64,000 nt of DNA from Eledone cirrhosa (taxonomy: Eukaryota), in NCBI GenBank assembly GCA_964016885.1, contig OZ024757.1, positions 34,968,001-35,032,000 of the forward strand, in the 5' to 3' direction. A model generated the notes under the pieces. The model did not search any database. It was not told the DNA's origin and saw only the letters and a list, made by a program, of their open reading frames with translations. This document shows, piece by piece, positions 37,856 through 50,900 of this stretch (within the stretch, counting starts at the first letter, position 1; the number at the start of each line of letters is the position of its first letter). Made by a program: the position numbers and the translations under genes.

Positions 37856-39428
37856 TATATATATGCCCCAGCATACACACACACACATATATATACATAT
37901 ATATATATACGCCCCAGCATGGTCTTGGACGATCGTCTAACTAAGGCCAATAATAAAATACTTCAAAATAGATTAAACACCCCTAAATCCGGGGTTACAA
38001 CTTGGATTACTTAAAAGTCAGTAAAGCTGTAAAGATTCTATATTGTAAATAGGTGGTCGCATGTTCGAATCCGGGCAAATCCCGAGAAAAATAACGAAAA
38101 GAAGGACAATGTAAAAATAGCAGCCATAGACGAGGGGAGGACACACACACACATATACACACACATGTGTATATATATATATGTGTGTCTGTGTATGTGT
38201 TTGGCTGCTATATATATATATAGCGGTCAACACACACACACGTACATATATAAGTGTGTGTGTTTGGCTGATATATATATATATATATATATGATATATA
38301 AATATATGTGAGTTGCTATGACTGCTATTTCTAGCAGGTTTATTTTAGCGTGTAAACTGCACACCCGCTAAATTTTTGCCTCGATTTTTGCGATTAAGTA
38401 AGACAAAAGTTATCGTCCTTGTCAAAAATAAAATTTTACTATTATTGAAAATCTTTTGGCTGATTTTAAGCCAAAGTTTTTTAATGGCTGCCACTTCCGG
38501 TTTTTGTTGTGCGTCTACAGGACAGCCAGAAACCTACTAGAAATAGCAGTCATAACAACACACTTATGTATATTTATATATCAGGGATTCTCAACGAAGG
38601 GTACACGCCCCACAGGGGGCAATTTGAATTTAATAGGGGCCAATTAGAAAGTGATATAATACGACCAAACTTCCAGTTACACTTTGTTCACATGTTATCG
38701 TGTATCTGGCAGCAGCTACGAGAAGTTTGTTTATATTTTGAAGTTTGTTTTGATCATCGCGGCATCGTAGCTTTGTTTAATTAAAGCATTTCTACTTTAT
38801 ATTACAGTAGTAACACTTTTACAAGACTCGGTTTATTTCTATATTAAAGGGGAACATAAACCTAATTTTTAAACGTTGAGGTGGGGCATGGAGCAAAAAA
38901 GGTTTGGAACTACTGAAGACAACGAATCATCGTTTTTATTAATGTAAACAAACTTCTCGCAGGTGCTGCCAGATACACGATAACATGTCTATACGAAGTG
39001 TAACAGGGAGTTGGGTCGTATTATATGACTTTCAAATTGACCCCTATTATATTAAAATTATCCCCTGTGGGGCGTGCACCCCACGTTGAGAATCCCTCAT
39101 AAATAAATATATGTGAGTGTGTTGCTATGACTGCTATTTCTAGCAGGTTTACTGCAGTCCTGTAGACGCACAACAAAAACCGGAAGTGGCAGCCATTAAA
39201 AAACTTTGGCTTAAAATCAGGCAAAAGTTTTTTTAACAATTTGCCAAGAAAGATAACTCTTGTCTTACTTAATCGCAAAAATAGAGGCAAAAATGTTGCG
39301 GGTGTGCAGTTTGTTTGGTGTATTTGACTGCTATTTCTAGCATATATGGACACTTTAGAAATAGCAGCGAAACACGGGAAACATAAGAAAGAAGGTCATA
39401 CACGTATATATATATATATAATTATGTA

Positions 39429-39466
<38 letters not shown>

Positions 39467-41237
39467 TACATATATATGCACAGATATATACATTTAAATA
39501 TATATATTTATATATATATACACGCGCGCACACACACCTATACGTAGATATGGGTGTGTGTATAGCTGGTATATATATATATGTATGGGTGAGTGTATAG
39601 CTGGTATATATATATATATATATATAGGTGTGTGTCCTTCTTTCTGCTGTTTTCCGTTTTTCGCTGCTATTTCTAAAGTGTCCATACATGCTAGAAATAG
39701 CAGTCAAATACACCAAACAAACTGCACACCCGCAACATTTTTGCCTCGATTTTTGCGATTAAGTAAGACAAGAGTTATCTTTCTTGGCAAATTGTTAAAA
39801 AACTTTTGCCTGATTTTAAGCCAAAGTTTTTTAATGGCTGCCACTTCCGGTTTTTGTTGTGCGTCTACAGGACTGCAGTAAACCTGCTAGAAATAGCAGT
39901 CATAGAAACACACTCACATATATTTATTTATGAGGGATTCTCAACGTGGGGTGCACGCCCCACAGGGGATAATTTGAATATCCCCCTCTTTATATCAATT
40001 AGCACTAACTCTCTCCCTCTCTATATCTACTACACGGCACTCTCTTCCAATACCCCTCTCTATATGAAGTAACACCAAACTCTCCCCCTCTCTATATATT
40101 AAGCACTAAGTCAGGAATTTTTTTCTTCTTTCGTGCAGAGAGAGTAAAGTTGATTAAATCTACTGCAGTGAATTACTGGTATTTTATTTAATAAAAATTA
40201 AAATTTACTATTTGTCTTCGTTTAATTTTCGTTTTTCTTTACATAGTTTCGTTTCGTTAAATGTCTCCAGAATTTGTTTTTACTTTTACCGGATATTGAA
40301 GGTGTAAACTTGGTGTTGTCTAGAAACGTGTTAGAAATATTTTTCTTTTAATTGTGAAGAATTTAACCGCAAAGTAAGTTTTTTTTACTGTTTATTTGTG
40401 GCTGGGACAACGTATGGTATGTGTTAATGTAAATGGTGAAGGTTTAAAGATTCTTTTTACAACTGAAAATCAGTTTGTTGTTGCTGCTAATTACTTAACG
40501 CATGGAATAGATTAAAAAAATACAGGATTGTTTCTCGGAAGAGAGGAAGAAGAAACAAATCACAGAAGCGGGTAGCACACACATTTGGGACCACATACAA
40601 CACAAAAACAGGTAATCCACACATCTGGGACCACATACAACACACCAGCAGGTAATACATACATCTAGGACCACATAAGCAGGTAATACACACATCTAGG
40701 ACCACATACAACACACAAGCAGGTAATACACACATCTAGGACCACATACAACACACAAGCAGGTAATACACACATCTAGGACGACATACAACCAAAGGCA
40801 GGCGAAAGGGGTGGACAAACGAGCTGCTACTAGAACAAAAGATAACAGTATCGCGAGGAGCACTGGGAAACCTCTCTAATGATTTTTTAGGCAAGCCAGC
40901 ACGTCTGCAGCGTTACCTCGGGCGATGGCGAGGCTGAGGAGCTGGAACAACCAAGTGCCCTCACGAGCTTCACCAGTCACCTTCGTCAGGCTAGCCGCCA
41001 GTGAAGATAGGAATCTCGCAGTCAGTATCCTGACTCCCCCAAACGCCACAGGCTGGAAAATGTAGTTGGCCAACAGATCACATTATTACTTAACAGTGAT
41101 AGATATTCTGTCTAAAGGAGGGGCGTACAACAGGCGGCCCGCGGGCCACAATCGAGCCCACCTGACCAGTCAGAGTGGCCCGCAATGACTCTTGTAGGCT
41201 TATTTAGAATTTTTTCCATACCCGTAATACTTCTGTT

Positions 41238-41825
41238 AGTTGACCTATACTAAAGGACTTCACTGATAGGGTTATATGTGTTATAGTTTACCAGTTGACC
41301 TATACTAAAGGACTTCACTGATAGGGTTATATGTGTTATAGTTTCCCAGTTGACCTATACTAAAGGACTTCACTGATAGGGTTATATGTGTTATAATTTC
41401 CCAGTTGACCTATACTAAAGGACTTCACTGATAGGGTTATATGTGTTATAGTTTCCCAGTTGACCTATACTAAAGGACTTCACTGATAGGGTTATATGTG
41501 TTATAGTTTCCCAGTTGACCTATACTAAAGAGCTTCACTGATAGAGTTATATGTGTTATAGTTTCCCAGAGGGCTTCACTGATAGGGTTATATGTGTTAT
41601 AGTTTCCCAGTTGACCTATACTAAAGGACTTCACTGATAGGGTTATATGTGTTATAGTTTCCCAGTTGACCTATACTAAAGGACTTCACTGATAGGGTTA
41701 TATGTGTTATAGTTTCCCAGTTGACCTATACTAAAGGACTTCACTGATAGGGTTATATGTGTTATAGTTTCCCAGTTGACCTATACTAAAGGGCTTCACT
41801 GATAGAGTTATATGTGTTATAGTTT
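41238..41825. repeat. 55-bp VNTR, about 11 units (one truncated)
   Basis: Same unit and same flanks as 8669-9586. Confidence 0.97.
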
Positions 41826-42397
41826 GAAACAAACTACCCGCATCAGTTATTATACTTTTATAACACCGCTATATTACCTACATGAAAGAGGTAAATATTT
41901 ATTTCTCTTGTCTTCTTAAATGTATAGAACATTTTTCTTATATATATTCTTAACATAGCTAGGACCGTTTATTATTTACTAGTCTCTACTCCTAGGACTT
42001 TGCTGGTCTCATGTCCCCTCCATCAACACACACTCGGTAGAAAGCTGGTCGTCAGAGGTAAAGTGGCCCTGATTACAGGTCTAGTATTGAAGCCTTTCGG
42101 CTTGAGCCTTGCTGATGCTGACAGAGTTCCTGTGGTAGTTTTGGTAGCGCAGGTGACATTTTATTGTGTTTAGGTACCGGCTAGTGCGGACACAGAGAGC
42201 ACAACCAGGTGGTGAGCTGGCAACGACCAAGTGTAGAGGGCCAGCTTTGAAATTCGAGCGACGGAGTGAACTAGTAAAAGAGGCAGGGTAAGCAGCATTG
42301 GTTCTAACGGTGGGACTAGAACGGAGGTTGGGTGGTGCTGGGGGTGGGCTAACAGCTAACAGTTGTAGGAGTGGTGGGGCTTTGCTAGGATTAATTT

Positions 42398-44752
42398 TTA
42401 CATCTGTCTGTGAACTCTTGAAAAAGCAACATACAATTGTCCAGGGTTAAATACTTGCTCAGGGAGGAACAGACCCACTTTATCATGTATTTGACCATGG
42501 TTCTTGTTGATTGTCATGGCATATGACAGTCTTAATGGAAACTGGGGTCTTTCCAAAGTAAAAAGGATGTTGGCACCACTGGGGCTAACTTCAGTCTTGG
42601 GATCAAAACACACCTGCCCATCAAAGGACCATAGATATGAGAAGCTTTGATAAAATGTTTATGCAGTTCTACTACTTCTAATCTTGTGCCATTACATAAT
42701 CTGTTCTGGATTGAAATATTCCATAGAAGCATTATTATTGATCCTGCTTTTAATTGGAGTTTGTGAGGCGGCATCCCAGAAGGTGTAAGCAAGTTCATTT
42801 AGCTTGAACCAGGCAGCAAGGGTCCCTGCATTTCTACCACAACCTGAGCATTGCCTCTTTGAAAGTAAACTCTGTTTGTTCTCCAGGTGTGTGGCTAGGC
42901 TGTATACTGTATGTGATGTACCATGAAGCTTAAATTCGGAGAGACACGACACTGCTTCTGGCTGAGACACATACCTGCAACAAAGATAGGTTCTTATTTC
43001 ATCATGGTTGTGTTGGTTCTGAGCCTCATTAGGTAATGCATTATTCGTTACTTCTATAGATGTACAATCATGCCCCATGTAACATATTTAAAGAGGTACT
43101 TGACACTTTTTACAGAAGAGCAAACTTCAACATTAATATGTGCACAATATTTCTTAAGCAAAAAGGCATTAAATGGCACAACATTCCTGTTATCTACTGA
43201 ATGTCATCCAATTTACACTGCAGTTCCTGTCTTGCACCTCCTGTACTCTGGGTATCCATTTAGGTTCAATAATGTTTCCCTTCTGTAGGTTTTTGGATAG
43301 TTCTTTTGCAAAAATCCATTTTGTATAAATGGGGGAAAAGGGTTTCCAGAACCACATGGCCCATGGATCATAAACTTTTAAACCTGCTCATGTAGTACTT
43401 GATCATCTTCCAATGCAGGTATTTCTGCTGACACGATTCTGTCAATGTCTTCTCTGTTTCTTATCTTGTCTTCATTTCTTAAGGCTCAGTGTTATCATCT
43501 GTTTAGATAATTCATTAAACCATTATACTCATCCACTCACAATTGGGCTTGATTGTTCCTCAAATATTGAAGCCTGCATCCCTCTACTTTCATATAGGCT
43601 TCCACTAAATACTGCTAAAATAATTTACCTGCCCTATATATCGCACTAAATCCTCCTCTATATGCTATACTGTATATGTAATACTCCTGCATTGTCAGTC
43701 TATTGCAAACACAGGTCCTGCATTCCTCTCCATGTCACTATGCCACCAAAATTCACCATTATGGGTCGGTCATGAGGTCCAAGTGGCATGAATTATGTGA
43801 TATTTTCTGAGGAGGATGGTCTTTAGGAAAGATGATAATATCTCTTTGTACAGGTGGTCGGCCCTCAATCCCCCACAAAACAACAGCTGTCATTACTAGT
43901 TGGTAAATTATAGCAGCTCATATCTGATCCTCTTCTAAATCTTAATTCACAGTTCTGTACACGACAATTTTCTCTTCTTGCACTTTGCTGTTTGATGCCA
44001 TGCATTGTATTGTACAATTCGACATATGGATTACATTCATGCAACACCTCTCTTATCATAGCCATTTTTTGTGGTGAGCACTCATTATTTGTTGGTACTA
44101 GGGCGGTGGATTGGCAGTATCGGTAGAGCGTCAGACACCATGCTTTGCAGCATAGGGTTATGGCCCTTTACGTTCTGGGTTCAAATCCCTCCAAGGTTGA
44201 CTTTGTTTTCATCCTTATGAGGTCGATAGAATAAAGTACCAGTAATTGCTAGCCTTGTGCCGGAAACAATTATTTGGTCGTACTTCCAATCTGTGCTACA
44301 CACCTTCGTTCCCATCAATAATATATAACTGGCCATATTGTGGTGTATTTTCTGCAGGTTACAGAGGTGGGGGTGTAGTGATATGTTTGACCCTGAATAT
44401 GAAAGCTATACGGGCCTCTGCCGGGTGGTAACACCAAATGAAGTGAAATAAATGTAGTTTTAATTGCAGATGTTTCTGTGAAATCAACTGCTTCCTGGCC
44501 TCTTTCAAAGAGATTTCTCAGTCTCTCGGGGTATATTTGCAATGGTGGCAACACTACCTTTCCTTTATTACAACAGTTACAATTTTCATTTCTAAATTTC
44601 AAAGCTCCACAATGATCACACGAAACATTCATATCACTAATATGAAATTCTTCTACATTTCCATTAATATTAATTGTTGGCCAATTTCTCTTACGACGCT
44701 CATTATCCATTCTTCTCTGTCTGAATGTTTTCCAGTCTAAGTCTATTTGCAT
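42398..44752 (-). pseudogene. Helitron RepHel pseudogene copy B3
   Basis: Near-identical to copy B1, with an extra frameshift in the PIF1 C-terminal part (ORFs 42398-42613 and 42532-42798). Confidence 0.9.
44100..44268 (+). mobile_element. SINE copy in Helitron B3
   Basis: Paralogous to 11854-12022. Confidence 0.85.
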
Positions 44753-44920
44753 GGAATAATTATATTCTGTTGTTTATTATGTAATTAAATAGCTCTGTAC
44801 AATACATAGAGCATTCTTCTTTTCTTTACCTTTTCTATGGAAATACAAGAACAAACATATATATATATATATGTATATATGTGTGTATATACATAAACAA
44901 GACTGTTATTACTCCAACCA

Positions 44921-47900
44921 GATGAAACTCTGTCATGTAATGTTATGGACATCTCTGCCCCTGTGGCTAATAATTCTGTCATGTAATGTTATGGACATCT
45001 CTGCCCTGTGGCTAATAATTCTGACATGTAATGTTATGGACATCGCTGCCCCTGTGGCTAATAATTCTGACATGTAATGTTATGGACATCTCTGCCCTGT
45101 GGCTAATAATTCGGAGAGAGATGAAACACGTGAGGGATTAGAGAGAGATAAAACAAGTGAGGGATTAGAGTGTTGAAACAAGAGAGAGAGAGAGAGCGAG
45201 ATGAAATGAGACAGGGAGAGCGAGATGAAACGCGAGAGTGAGAGAAGCGAGATGAAACGAGAGAGTGAGAGCGAGATGAAACGAGAGAGAGAGAGAGCGA
45301 GATGAAACGAGACAGAGAGAGCGAGATTTAATGAGAGAGAGAGAGAGCGGGATGGAACGAGACAGAGAGGAAACGAGAGAGAGAGGAAACGAGAGAGAGG
45401 AAACGAGAGTAGAGAGCGAGATGAAACAGGAGAGAGAGAGCGAGATGAAACGAGAGGGAGAGAGAGATTAAACGAGGGAGATAGAGATGAAACGAGAGAG
45501 AGGAAGAGAGAGATGGAACGAGAGAGAGGAAGACAGAGATGAAACGAGAGAGAGAGAGAGCGCGAGATGAAACGAGAGAGAGAGAGCGCGAGATGAAACG
45601 ACAGAGAGAGAGACAGATGAAAGGAGGGAGATAGAGATGAAACGAGAGAGAGGAAGAGAGAGATGGAACGAGCGAGAGGAAGAGAGAGATGGAACGAGAG
45701 AGAGGAAGACAGAGATAAAACGAGAGAGAGCGAGATGAAACGAGAGAGAGAGAGCGCGAGATGAAACTCTGTCATGTAACGTTATGGACATATCTGCCCT
45801 TGGGGCTATAATTGTCATGTAATGTTATGGACATCTCTGCCCCTGTGGCTAATAATTCTGTCATGTAATGTTATGGACATCTCTGCCCCTGTGGCTAATA
45901 ATTCTTTCATGTAATGTTATGGACATCTCGGCCCCTGTGGCTAATAATTCTGACATGTAATGTTATGGACATCTCTGCCCCTGTGGCTAATAATTCTGAC
46001 ATGTAATGTTATGGACATCTCTGCCCTGTGTCTAATAATTCTGACATGTAATGTTATGGACATCTCTGCCCCTGTGGCTAATAATTCTGACATGTAATGT
46101 TATGGACATCTCTGCCCCTGTGGCTAATAATTCTGCCATGTAATGTTATGGACATCTCTGCCCCTGTGGCTAATAATTCTGGCATGTAATGTTATGGACA
46201 TCTCTGCCCCTGTGGCTTATAATTCTGACATGTAATGTTATGGACATCTCTGCCCTGTGGCTAATAATTCTGACATGTAATGTTATGGACATCTCTGCCC
46301 CTGTGGCTAATAATTCTGAGAGAGATGAAACAAGTGAGGGATTAGAGATAGATAAAACAAGTGAGGGATTAGAGTGTTGAAACAAGAGAGAGAGAGAGCG
46401 AGATGAAATGAGACAGGGAGAGCGAGATGAAACGCGCGAGTGAGAGAAACGAGATGAAACGAGAGAGTGAGAGCGAGATGAAACGAGAGAGAGAGAGAGC
46501 GAGATGAAACGAGACAGAGAGAGCGAGATGTAATGAGAGAGAGAGAGAGCGGGATGGAACGAGACAGAGAGGAAACGAGAGAGAGGAAACGAGAGTAGAG
46601 AGCGAGATGAAACGAGAGGGAGAGAGAGATGAAACGAGAGAGCGAGATAGAGATGAAACGAGAGAGAGGAAGAGAGAGATGGAACGAGAGAGAGGAAGAC
46701 AGAGATGAAACGAGAGAGAGAGAGAGAGAGCGAGATGAAACAAGAGAGAGAGAGCGCGAGATGAAACGAGAGAGAGAGAGCGCGAGATGAAACGAGAGAG
46801 AGAGAGCGCGAGATGAAACGACAGAGAGAGAGACAGATGAAAGGAGGGAGATAGAGATGAAACGAGAGAGAGGAAGATAGAGATGGAACAAGAGAGAGCA
46901 AGAGAGAGATGGAACGAGAGAGAGGAAGTCAGAGATGAAACGAGATAGAGAGAGAGCGAGATGAAACTCTGTCATGTAATGTTATGGACATATCTGCCCT
47001 TGGGGTTAATAATTGTCATGTAATGTTATGGACATCTCTGCCCCTGTGGCTAATAATTCTGTCATGTAATGTTATGGAGATCTCTGCCCCTGTGGCTAAT
47101 AATTCTGATAGAGATGAAACAAGTGAGGGATTAGAGAGAGATAAAACAAGTGAGGGATTAGAGTGTTGAAACAAGAGAGAGAGAGAGCGAGATGAAATGA
47201 GACAGGGAGAGCGAGATGAAACGCGAGAGTGAGAGAAGCGAGATGAAACGAGAGAGTGAGAGCGAGATGAAACGAGAGAGAGAGAGAGCGAGATGAAACA
47301 AGACAGAGAGAGCGAGATGTAATGAGAGAGAGAGAGAGCGGGATGGAACGAGACAGAGAGGAAACGAGAGAGAGAGGAAACGAGAGAGAGGAAACGAGAG
47401 TAGAGAGCGAGATGAAACAGGAGAGAGAGAGCGAGATGAAACGAGAGGCAGAGAGAGATGAAACGAGGGAGAGGAAGAGAGAGATGGAACGAGAGAGAGG
47501 AAGACAGAGATGAAACGAGAGAGAGAGAGCGAGATGAAACGAGAGAGAGAGAGCGCGAGATGAAACGAGAGAGAGAGAGCGCGAGATGAAACGACAGAGA
47601 GAGAGACAGATGAAAGGAGGGAGATAGAGATGAAACGAGAGAGAGGAAGAGAGTGATGGAACGAGCGAGAGGAAGAGAGAGAGAGTGAGATGAAACGAGA
47701 GAGAGGGAAAGAGAGAGCGCGAGATGAAACTCTGTCATGTAATGTTATGGACATCTCTGCCCCTGTGGCTAATAATTCTGTCATGTAATGTTATGGACAT
47801 CTGTGCCCCTGTGGCTAATAATTCTGACATGTAATGTTATGGACATCTCTGCCCTGTGGCTAATAATTCTGACATGTAATGTTATGGACATCTCTGCCCC

Positions 47901-50900
47901 TGTGGCTAATAATTCTGACATGTAATGTTATGGAATCTCTGCCCCTGTGGCTAATAAATCTGTCATGTAATGTTACGGACATCTTTGCCCCTGTGGCTAA
48001 TAAATCTGTCATGTAATGTTATGGACATCTCTGCCCCTGTGGCTAATAATTCTGACATGTAATGTTATGGACATCTCTGTCCCTGTGGCTAATAATTCTG
48101 ACATGTAATGTTATGGACATCTCTGCCCCTGTGGCTAATAATTCTGACATGTAATGTTATGGACATCTGTGCCCCTGTGGCTAATAATTCTGACATGTAA
48201 TGTTATGGACATCTCTGCCCCTGTGGCTAATAATTCTGAGAGAGATGAAACAAGTGAGGGATTAGAGAGAGATGAAACAAGTGAGGGATTAGAGTGTTGA
48301 AACAAGAGAGAGGAAGAGAGAGTGAGAGCGAGATCAAACGAGAGAGAGAGAGCGAGATGAAATGAGAGAGAGAGAGCGAGATGAAACAAGACAGAGAGAG
48401 CGGGATGAAACAAGACAGAGAGAGCGAGAGCGAGATGAAACGAGACAGAGAGTGCGAGATGAAACGAGAGAGAGAGAGCGAGATGAAATGAGAGAGAGAG
48501 AGCGAGATGAAATGAGAGAGAGAGAGCGAGATGAAACGAGAGAGTGAGAGCGAGATGGAACGAGAGAGAGAGAGAGAGAGAGCGAGATGAAATGAGAGAG
48601 AGAGAGCGAGATGAAATGAGAGAGAGAGAGCGAGATGAAACGAGACAGAGAGAGCGGGATGAAACGAGACAGAGAGAGCGAGAGCGAGATGAAACGAGAC
48701 AGAGAGAGCGAGATGAAACGAGAGAGAGAGAGCGGGATGAAATGAGAGAGAGAGAGCGAGATGAAATGAGAGAGAGAGAGCGAGATGAAACGAGAGAGTG
48801 AGAGCGAGATGGAACGAGACAGAGAGAGCGAGATGAAACGAGAGTGGGAGAGCTAGATGAAACGAGAGAGAGAGGAAATGAGAGAGAGAGGAAACGAGAG
48901 AGACGAAACGAGAGAGAGGAAACGAGAGTAGAGAGCGAGATGAAACAGGAGAGAGAGAGCGAGATGAAACAGGAGAGAGATAGCGAGATGAAACGGGAGG
49001 GAGAGAGAGATGAAACGAGAGAGCGAGAGAGAGATAGAGGGAGATGAAACGACAGAGAGAGAGACAGATGAAACGAGGGAGATAGAGATGAAACGAGAGA
49101 GAGGAAGAGAGAGATGGAACGAGTGAGAGGAAGAGAGACATGGAACGAGAGAGAGGAAGGCAGAGATGAAACGAGAGAGAGACAGAGCAAGATGAAACGA
49201 GAGAGAGAGATTAAACGAGAGAGAGGAAGAGAGAGATGGAACGAGAGAGAGGAAGAGAGAGATGGAACGAGAGAGAGGAAGACAGAGATGAAACGAGAGA
49301 GAGAGAGATCGAGATGAAACGAGAGAGAGGATGAGAGAGAGCGCAAGATGAAACGAGAGAGAGAGAGAGAGAGCGAGATGAAACGAGAGAGAGGAAGAGA
49401 GAGAGCGCGAGATGAAACGAGAGAGAGTAAGAGAGAGAGCGCGAGATGAAACGAGAGAGTGAGAGCGAGATGAAATGAGAGAGAGAGAGAACGAGATGAA
49501 ATGAGAGAGAGAGAGAGCGAGATGAAATGAGACATAGAGAGATGAAACGAAAGAGAGATGAAACGAGAAAGAGAGGAAACGAGAGAGTGGAAACAAGAGT
49601 AGAGAGCGAGATGAAACAGGAGTGAGAGAGCGAGATGAAACAGGAGAGAGAGAGCGAGATGAAACGAGAGGGAGCGAGAGATGAAACGAGAGAGCGAGAG
49701 AGAGATAGAGGGAAATGAAACGACAGAGAGAGAGACAGATGAAACGAGGGATATAGAGATGAAACGAGAGAGAGATATGAAACGAGAGAGAGGAAGAGAG
49801 AGATAGAACGAGAGAGAGGAAGAGAGAGATGAAACGAGAGAGAGGAAGACAGAGGTGAAACGAGAGAGAGAGAGAGCGAGATGAAACGAGAGAGAGAGCG
49901 AGATGAAACGAGAGAGAGGAAGAGAGAGAGCGCGAGATGAAACTCTGTCATGGACATCTCTGCCCCTGTGGCTAATAATTCTGTCATGTAATGTTATGGA
50001 CAACTCTGTCCCTGTGGCTAATAATTCTGTCATGTAATGTTATGGACATCTCTGCCCCTGTGGCTAATAATTCTGACATGTAATGTTATGGAATCTCTGC
50101 CCCTGTGGCTAATAAATCTGTCATGTAATGTTACGGACATCTCTGCCCCTGTGGCTAATAAATCTGTCATGTAATGTTATGGACATCTCTGTCCCTGTGG
50201 CTAATAATTCTGACATGTAATGTTATGGACATCTCTGCCCCTGTGGCTAATAATTCTGAGAGAGATGAAACAAGTGAGGGATTAGAGAGAGATGAAACAA
50301 GTGAGGGATTAGAGTGTTGAAACAAGAGAGAGAGAGGAAGAGTGAGTGAGAGCGAAATCAAACGAGAGAGAGCGAGATGAAATGAGAGAGTGAGAGCGAG
50401 ATGAAACGAGAGAGAGAGTGAGAGCGAGATGAAATGAGAGAGAGAGAGCGAGATGAAATGAGAGAGAGAGAGCGAGATGAAACGAGACAGAGAGAGCGGG
50501 ATGAAACGAGACAGAGAGAGCGAGAGCGAGATGAAACGAGAGAGAGAGAGCGAGATGAAACGAGAGAGAGAGAGCGAGATGAAATGAGAGAGAGAGAGCG
50601 AGATGAAATGAGAGAGAGAGAGCGAGATGAAACGAGAGAGTGAGAGCGAGATGGAACGAGACAGAGAGAGCGAGATGAAACGAGAGTGGGAGAGCTAGAT
50701 GAAACGAGAGAGAGAGGAAACGAGAGAGAGAGGAAACGAGAGTAGAGAGCGAGATGAAACAGGAGAGAGAGAGCGAGATGAAACAGGAGAGAGAGAGAGA
50801 GATGAAACGAGAGAGCGAGAGAGAGATAGAGGGAGATGAAACGACAGAGAGAGAGACAGATGAAACGAGGGAGATAGAGATGAAACGAGAGAGAGAGATG

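Larger units (their letters stand above)
35516..44920. repeat. Long tandem unit B, copy 3 (interrupted by the giant satellite)
   Basis: Colinear with B1 at an offset of about 32.5 kb (e.g. ORFs at 4226 and 36795). Has a 266-bp deletion at 35815. Confidence 0.93.
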
